Both the position numbers and the translations under genes were made by a program. The notes beneath the pieces are model-generated. The model was not told where the DNA came from. It made no database searches and worked only from the letters and a program-made list of their open reading frames with translations. Shown here one piece after another: positions 42,174-47,576 of a stretch of DNA of 47,576 bases (positions within the stretch are counted from its first letter, which is position 1; every line of letters starts with the position of its first letter). This DNA comes from Thermoleophilia bacterium (lineage in GTDB: Bacteria > Actinomycetota > Thermoleophilia > Gaiellales > Gaiellaceae), in NCBI GenBank assembly GCA_026785685.1, contig JAJAZN010000258.1, positions 1 to 47,576 on the forward strand. Direction: 5' to 3'.

Positions 42174-42760
42174 GCGCTCCTGTCAATCGGCCCGGCGCGC
42201 GCGGCCTCGACGCGTTTCTCGACGCGCTCGAAGCACCGGCACCGTCGCCGTGCGGTGGTACCGCAGCAGCAGCCTCGGCCGCCATGGCGGCGGCACTCGT
42301 CACGATGGTTGCCCGTGGCTCGAGCGACTGGCACGACGCAGCAGGCATTGCAGCCCAAGCGAAGGTGCTACGCACCCGGCTGACGGCACTTGGAGCCGAC
42401 GATGCGGCGGTGTTCGAGAAGGTCCTCGCGACGGCGCGTGATCTCTCGGGAACTCGGGCCCAACGCGACTTCGCACTGGGAGGAGCCCTCCTGAAGGCGG
42501 CGGAGGTGCCACTCCAGATTGCCGAAGCAGGTGCAGACGTTGCAGAGCTCGCGGCGCTCGCTGCGGCGGAGTGCAAGGCTCAGCTCCGCCCGGATGCGGC
42601 CGCGGCCGTGGCGCTCGCCGAAGCCGCGGTCTGCGCCGCGGCACACCTCGTGGAAATCAACCTGGCAACGATCCCCGGTAACCGCAACGCCGAGGCCGCA
42701 GCGCGACTCTCTGCCGCCGCAGCCGCAGCGAGAGCACGAGTCCTCGGAGCACCGGTGTGA
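42170..42760 (+). CDS. Cyclodeaminase/cyclohydrolase (FTCD C-terminal fold) family protein
   Basis: FLDAL..PSPCGGTAAA..AALVTMVAR, DDAAVF, AAEVPL, LVEINL. Confidence 0.85.
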   Translation: MSAPVNRPGARGLDAFLDALEAPAPSPCGGTAAAASAAMAAALVTMVARGSSDWHDAAGIAAQAKVLRTRLTALGADDAAVFEKVLATARDLSGTRAQRDFALGGALLKAAEVPLQIAEAGADVAELAALAAAECKAQLRPDAAAAVALAEAAVCAAAHLVEINLATIPGNRNAEAAARLSAAAAAARARVLGAPV

Positions 42761-43575
42761 TCGATCGGTCGATGCCCGCGTGGAGCCTGACCGCGGAGGC
42801 GGCGGGTTCGATCGCGATCCAGACGGGATGGCCCGAGCGGATGACAAAGGAGTGGGCCCTCGACGATGCGACCGGCGAAGGCATCAACGTGTGCATCCTG
42901 GATAGCGGCGTCGACGGCGACCACCCGCTCGTCGGGGGCGTCGAGAGCGCGGTGGCGGTGACTCTCGACGGCGACGTGACCTCGATCGTGCAGGATGAGC
43001 TGGGTGATGTTTGTGGCCATGGCACCGCATGCGCGGGGATCGTCCGCTCGCTCGCGCCGGCATGTCGCCTCCACAGCGTTCGAGTGCTCGGACAGGGGAA
43101 TACGGGCAGCGCCGAACTGATCCTTGGCGGCCTCCGGTACGCGATCGGGGAAGGCTTCGAGGTTGTCAACCTCAGCCTCTCGACGACGAAACGCCGGTTC
43201 GCGGAGTTGCTCCACGAGCTCGCCGACGATGCCTACTTCAGGGGAACAATGCTCGTCGCCTCCGCACACAACATGCCCGTCGAGAGCTACCCCTGGCGCT
43301 TCTCATCGGTGATCTCGGTTGGAAGCCATGAGGGGACCGACTCGCGGGAGTGGTACGCGAATCCCGATCCTCCCGTCGAGTTCTTTGCGCGTGGGATCGA
43401 TCTGGATGTCGCCTGGTGCGGTGGTGGGACTCTGCGATGCACGGGTAACAGTTTTGCGGCGCCGCACATTTCGGGGCTTTCGGCGCTCGTGCTCTCGAAG
43501 CATCCAGGGCTGACGCCCTTTCAGCTGAAGAGCGTGCTCTACTTGACGGCGTCGAACACGGGAGGTACCAGATGA
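42757..43575 (+). CDS. Subtilisin-like S8 serine peptidase, apparently cytoplasmic
   Basis: ILDSGVD (Asp), HGTACAG (His), SAHN (oxyanion Asn), GNSFAAP (Ser); no signal peptide. Confidence 0.93.
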   Translation: MIDRSMPAWSLTAEAAGSIAIQTGWPERMTKEWALDDATGEGINVCILDSGVDGDHPLVGGVESAVAVTLDGDVTSIVQDELGDVCGHGTACAGIVRSLAPACRLHSVRVLGQGNTGSAELILGGLRYAIGEGFEVVNLSLSTTKRRFAELLHELADDAYFRGTMLVASAHNMPVESYPWRFSSVISVGSHEGTDSREWYANPDPPVEFFARGIDLDVAWCGGGTLRCTGNSFAAPHISGLSALVLSKHPGLTPFQLKSVLYLTASNTGGTR

Positions 43576-44219
43576 CAGACGAATCGAGCTACCGGGAGGC
43601 CGTCGCGGCCGGGATGCTCCCGTCGGAGCAAAGCCACCTCGCCCTCCTGCAGTCGATCGCGGATGTCGCACGGGCGATCTTCGGCGCCAAGGCAGCATCG
43701 ATCATGCTTCTCGACTCTGCGACCGACGAGCTCGTCTTCGAGGCTGTCTCCGGATACGGCGAGGGGGATCTGATTGGGATGCGGTTCCCCTCGAGTACGG
43801 GCATCGCGGGGTGGGTACTCGTGACGGGGCAACCGATCGTGATCGATGATCTTCAGCAGGATCCACGATTTGACCGACAGGCGGCGCAACGTACAAGGTA
43901 CGTCCCGAAGGCTTTGATGGCAGTGCCGCTCGTGAACGGCGAAAGCACGCTCGGCGTGCTCCAGGTACTCGACCGTTCGGACGAGCGGGCGTTCTCGCTC
44001 GGCGAGGTCGATCTCCTGATCCTGTTTGCGAACCAGGCCGCGATCGGGCTCGATCTCATGCAAACGGCGCGACGGGTTTGCGCCGTGGCGGAGCGCAGCG
44101 AGAGTGCCGTCGCCGTGGTCGCCCGCATCGCAGAATTGCTCGAGCGCTCGGAGGACGAGATCGCGTCGCTGCGGCTGCTCGAGGCGCTCGAGACCGTTCT
44201 CTCCCGCCTCGCGTCGTAA
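43572..44219 (+). CDS. Stand-alone GAF domain protein
   Basis: ASIMLLD..ELVF, GIAGWV..GQP, DPRFD, VPL..LGVLQVLD, ANQAAI; no enzymatic output domain. Confidence 0.92.
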   Translation: MTDESSYREAVAAGMLPSEQSHLALLQSIADVARAIFGAKAASIMLLDSATDELVFEAVSGYGEGDLIGMRFPSSTGIAGWVLVTGQPIVIDDLQQDPRFDRQAAQRTRYVPKALMAVPLVNGESTLGVLQVLDRSDERAFSLGEVDLLILFANQAAIGLDLMQTARRVCAVAERSESAVAVVARIAELLERSEDEIASLRLLEALETVLSRLAS

Positions 44220-44267
44220 GGCCGTCGAGCAGACGCCGCCTGGAGGCCCGGGTTGGCCCCGGAACGT

Positions 44268-44295
44268 GGGAAGGGCGCCGAGGGGCGCCCTTTCC
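44268..44295. terminator. Hairpin between the convergent GAF and peptide genes
   Basis: GGGAAGGGCGCC-GAGG-GGCGCCCTTTCC 12-bp stem (one G-U pair). Confidence 0.7.
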
Positions 44296-44315
44296 GAGAG
44301 ACTTCTAGTCGGAGC

Positions 44316-44489
44316 CTAGGCCTTCTTGTACTTCTTCTCGGGGCCCAGAACCATCTTGTGGCCCTCGAAGTCCGCGCTGTCATCATCCGTCGCGGTCTTC
44401 GCGTCGCTCGGGGCGACCTTGATCTTGTGGCCCTCGAAATCGGCTTCCACATCCTCCGTCTCGCTCTTCTTCTCGGGCTGGTCGGTCAT
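44316..44489 (-). CDS. 57-aa peptide with a duplicated ADFEGHK motif (candidate precursor peptide)
   Basis: AAGGAG RBS 6 nt before ATG 44489; MTDQPEKKSETEDVEADFEGHKIKVAPSDAKTATDDDSADFEGHKMVLGPEKKYKKA; DNA repeat ATCTTGTGGCCCTCGAA at 44353-44369 and 44422-44438. Confidence 0.85.
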   Translation of the reverse strand: MTDQPEKKSETEDVEADFEGHKIKVAPSDAKTATDDDSADFEGHKMVLGPEKKYKKA

Positions 44490-44531
44490 GGTGATCTCCT
44501 TTTCGCGTTGTGCCCGTTCGGGCCTGGTACA

Positions 44532-44565
44532 CACTAGACGGTTGTACCGCCTGCAATCTTCCCTC
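44532..44565 (-). promoter_or_regulatory. Putative ECF-type promoter GAGGGAAGA-N16-CGTCTAGTG upstream of the peptide gene
   Basis: Matches 41874-41907 in both elements and spacer length. Confidence 0.7.
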
Positions 44566-44721
44566 GGCGGCAGATTTCTTGCACGTTGCAGTTTCAAGCG
44601 GTCGAAGATGAGCTCTCGTGCCGTCTTGGCGTCACCTCGCTCCCACCCCGTGGTTGCCGCTCGTGCGTGCGACGATCCTCGTGCAGCCAGGCGCGGGCCC
44701 GCCGCGGACAATTGGGCTCGC

Positions 44722-45792
44722 TCAGCCCGCCGCTCGAGTGATCTCGGACTCGGATGCGCCCGGCGCATCGGCCGTGAGCAGGACGTTCTCCTCTGACTCC
44801 TGCTCCTCCTCCATCGTCTTCAGCGAGGCGAGTGAGATCCCCTCACGCGCGAGGAAGATGAGGCCCACGCCGACACCGACGGACATCTCGACGGCCTGGA
44901 GGACGAGCCCATACGCGAAGCCTGTCCCGTAGGGAACGCCGTACTGCACGAGCGGGAGCGCCACCGCCGCCTGCAGGAGGCCAATGTTCCCGGGCCAGAG
45001 TGGGAAGATCGTGGCAACGTTCATCAGCACGAGGACGAGCCCGGCGGCCGGCAACGGCAGGTCGAGGTCGAACGCCTCCATCACGGCCCAGACGGCAAAG
45101 AGCTGCATCAGCCAGCCGAAGCACTGGAACAGTGCTGCTCCGAGCGCCGGAATCGGAGCCCGCAGGACGGCGAGTCCCTGTCGAGCCATCGTCACGACCG
45201 CGGCAAGGCTGCCCATCCCGTCGTGGACGCGGCCCCGCCCTGTTCCGGCGGACACGAGCCCCACCGTGAGAAGGACGAAGCCAACGACGCCGAAGATGAC
45301 GATGCTCGTCACCGCCCAGTGCGGGATCTTCGCGGTCAACAACACCCACGTCACCAGAATGGCTACCGGGAAGAGGTCGAAGAGCCGGTGGGCGAACACC
45401 GTTCCGAGGAGCGTGGCGCTCGTCCCCTTGCCGTGGGGAAGATGCCGTCGGAGGACGGCGACGCGTGCGAGCTCGCCGGCGCGGGCGGGGAGCACCGCGT
45501 TGCCGAGCAAGCCAATCCCGAAAGCCGAGAAGACCTGTCCGAAACGGGGATACGGTGGCGGCAGCGCCTGATTGATCGTCAGCCGCCACGAGAAGGCGCG
45601 CGCCAGCACCGAGACCAGATTGAGCAGGATCCCGATGATCACCCAGCGCCAGGAGACGAAGTCGAAGGCGTGGTACACGGTCGTCCACTCGGGACCCCGC
45701 CACCAGACCGCGACGATCGCTGCGGCGAGCGAGGCGAGGATGAACAGACCTCGGGCCCAGGGATTGCGGCCGAGTGCGATGAGCCGATTCAC
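44722..45792 (-). CDS. Lysylphosphatidylglycerol-synthase TM-domain (UPF0104, flippase-like) membrane protein
   Basis: GNAVLPARAGELAR, RLFD, PGNIG; GTGA coupling to the glycosyltransferase. Confidence 0.85.
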   Translation of the reverse strand: MNRLIALGRNPWARGLFILASLAAAIVAVWWRGPEWTTVYHAFDFVSWRWVIIGILLNLVSVLARAFSWRLTINQALPPPYPRFGQVFSAFGIGLLGNAVLPARAGELARVAVLRRHLPHGKGTSATLLGTVFAHRLFDLFPVAILVTWVLLTAKIPHWAVTSIVIFGVVGFVLLTVGLVSAGTGRGRVHDGMGSLAAVVTMARQGLAVLRAPIPALGAALFQCFGWLMQLFAVWAVMEAFDLDLPLPAAGLVLVLMNVATIFPLWPGNIGLLQAAVALPLVQYGVPYGTGFAYGLVLQAVEMSVGVGVGLIFLAREGISLASLKTMEEEQESEENVLLTADAPGASESEITRAAG

Positions 45793-46928
45793 GCGGCGGG
45801 TACCCGGGCTTCGGCTATCGCACGCTCGTAGATCCCCTCGAGCCGAGTAGCGATGTCGCCCCACGCGTAGCGCTTCAGTGCAACCTGACGCGCGGCCGCT
45901 CCCATCGCGACGCGACGCGACTCGTCATCGAGGAGCGAGACGGTCGCCTCGGTGAGGGCGGCAGGATCGTCGGGCGCGACCGAGACGGCCGCCTCGGGCG
46001 TGAGCACCTCGCGGTAGCCGGGAATGTCCGACGCAACAACGGGCAGGGCGCATGCATACGCGCGGGTCAAAACCATGCCGAAGCTCTCTCCCCGAAGCGA
46101 CGGGGCAATCAGCGCCCCGGTACGGGTCAAAAGGGTCGTGAGCTCGTCCTGCGACAGGAAGCCGAGAATATCGATCCCGTCGTCTGGCACGCGAAGGCGC
46201 GTGAGGAGAAGCCTGACGGCGAGCGGATCGGCCCCGCACACCTGGAGCCGGGCTCCGGTGCGCCGGTGGATCTCCGGCCAGGCGCGAAGGAGGACTTGCA
46301 GGCCCTTTCTCGTCTCCTGCCGACCCGCAAAGGTGACGGTGTTCTCACGTCCGGCTGGGTCGGCGACCTCCGGGATGAGCACGCCGTTCGGAACGATCTC
46401 GTAGTCACCAGGCAACCAGCGGGCCGCCGAGTCCCGCGCCCGTTCCGAGACCGCGAGTCGCTTGTCGATCCTGTTCGCGAGAAAGCCGTAGACCGGCACG
46501 GCGCCCCGCATGTACCCGAGATCGCCCGAGGCATGATGCGTGGCGACGATCGGAGCCGTTGCCATTGCCAGAACCGAGATGCACGTCACGGGCGTCATCG
46601 GCTCGTGCAGGTGGAGGACGTCGAAGCGCTCGCGCTCGAGGACGCGCCGGATGCGCAGGACAGCGCGTGGACTGAGGATGATGTTCGGCAACGAGCCGTT
46701 CGCGGGCACGATCACCGATCGTCCGATCGGAATCACGTTGTCGGGCGGGTCGCCGTGCCGGCCGACCCTCGGATGCAGAGCGCGCGTGAACTGACCCGGC
46801 GGGTCGTTCCCCATCACGAGCCGTACCTCGTGACCACGCGCCTCGAGCGCCTGAGCCTGAAGCTCGCCGTGCTCGACGACCGCGCCCCAGAACGACCACG
46901 AAAACGGCACTACGATGCCGATCTTCAC
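45789..46928 (-). CDS. GT4 glycosyltransferase, PimA-like
   Basis: MKIGIVVPFSW, PANGS, DVLHLHEP, RKGL, GESFGMVL, ASDIPGY. Confidence 0.88.
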   Translation of the reverse strand: MKIGIVVPFSWSFWGAVVEHGELQAQALEARGHEVRLVMGNDPPGQFTRALHPRVGRHGDPPDNVIPIGRSVIVPANGSLPNIILSPRAVLRIRRVLERERFDVLHLHEPMTPVTCISVLAMATAPIVATHHASGDLGYMRGAVPVYGFLANRIDKRLAVSERARDSAARWLPGDYEIVPNGVLIPEVADPAGRENTVTFAGRQETRKGLQVLLRAWPEIHRRTGARLQVCGADPLAVRLLLTRLRVPDDGIDILGFLSQDELTTLLTRTGALIAPSLRGESFGMVLTRAYACALPVVASDIPGYREVLTPEAAVSVAPDDPAALTEATVSLLDDESRRVAMGAAARQVALKRYAWGDIATRLEGIYERAIAEARVPAA

Positions 46929-46950
46929 GCGGGGAGCCTAACGGGGCGCA

Positions 46951-47418
46951 TCACTCTGCGGTAGCGCCCGGGGAGATCCGCTCCCAGAACGCGCCGAGAG
47001 TGTTCAACTCGGCCTCGCTGAAATGGGAGAGGAATCGGCTTCGGACGTCCGCAAGGTGGGTGGCACGCGCCTCTCCGTAGCGGCGGCTGCCGGCTTCGGT
47101 GAGCTCCGCGTTGAGACCGCGCCGATCGCCTTCGCAACGGACTCGAGCGACCGAGCCGTCGCGGACGAGGCGGTCGACGAGACGTGTCAGCCCGCTCTGG
47201 CTGAGGACCACAGCTGTCGCGAGCTCGGACATTCGCATCCTCGCGTCTGGAGCTGCGGCCAGCGTCAGCAGAACCTCGTACTCGTGGAGCGAGAGATCGT
47301 GCCGAGCGTGGAGCTCGGCGTCGAGGTCACGGACGAGCGCCGCGTGGGATCGAAGCAGTCCCCGCCATGCCGCGAGCTCGATGGGTGCGAGAGAGATGTT
47401 GACAGAAGGTACTTGCAT
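46951..47418 (-). CDS. MarR family transcriptional regulator
   Basis: LSLHEYEVL, RMSELA..LSQSGLTRLVDRL, DRRG..LTEAG; start uncertain. Confidence 0.92.
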   Translation of the reverse strand: MQVPSVNISLAPIELAAWRGLLRSHAALVRDLDAELHARHDLSLHEYEVLLTLAAAPDARMRMSELATAVVLSQSGLTRLVDRLVRDGSVARVRCEGDRRGLNAELTEAGSRRYGEARATHLADVRSRFLSHFSEAELNTLGAFWERISPGATAE

Positions 47419-47448
47419 GTGCAATTATTTATCTTGTTCCCGCAAGTA
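47410..47448. promoter_or_regulatory. Tandem inverted-repeat operator, probable MarR boxes
   Basis: TACTTGC-N4-GCAATTA (47410-47427) and ATCTTGT-N4-GCAAGTA (47431-47448) in an AT-rich divergent region. Confidence 0.65.
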
Positions 47449-47505
47449 TCCCTGAATCGAGGGCGTCCGTCTACCCGCGCCTCCGACGGCGACAAGGAGA
47501 TCGCA

Positions 47506-47576
47506 ATGCGCTTTGAAGGAATCCACCATGTGACCTGCATCACCGGCGACGCGCCCGGCAACGTCGACTTCTACAC
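47506..47576 (+). CDS. VOC-family ring-cleaving dioxygenase (MhqO-like), partial
   Basis: AAGGAG RBS; MRFEGIHHVTCITGDAPGNVDFY; runs off the window edge. Confidence 0.85.
   Translation, partial: MRFEGIHHVTCITGDAPGNVDFY

Overview
GC-rich bacterial chromosomal segment. Gene content and style suggest an actinobacterium, possibly Thermoleophilia/Gaiellales-like (inference only). About 60 coding units. Housekeeping genes include guaA, guaB, a PfkB kinase, a D,D-carboxypeptidase, pyrF, pyrE, hup, rdgB, rph, murI, a FabL-like reductase, proline dehydrogenase, xseA/xseB and a PimA-like glycosyltransferase. Highlights: (1) guaB carries a 376-aa LAGLIDADG intein inserted two residues before the catalytic Cys. 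(2) A compact uncharacterised module at 40929-44565 encodes a stand-alone cNMP-binding protein, an ECF sigma factor, a small NHLP-leader-like protein, a cyclodeaminase-fold protein, a cytoplasmic S8 protease and a stand-alone GAF protein. It faces a convergent 57-aa peptide gene with a duplicated ADFEGHK motif, and both transcription units carry the same GAGGGAAGA-N16-CGTC(A/T)AGTG ECF-type promoter motif. (3) A LexA box lies in the promoter spacer of a DEDDh/GIY-YIG nuclease gene. (4) At least six genes are broken (HD-GYP/GAF/GGDEF, AbiEii-like nucleotidyltransferase, DUF2630, cNMP-TrxB, VapC remnant, AlkA). (5) Many starts look leaderless. No rRNA, tRNA, CRISPR array or transposase was recognised. 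Family calls come from motif recognition, not database searches.
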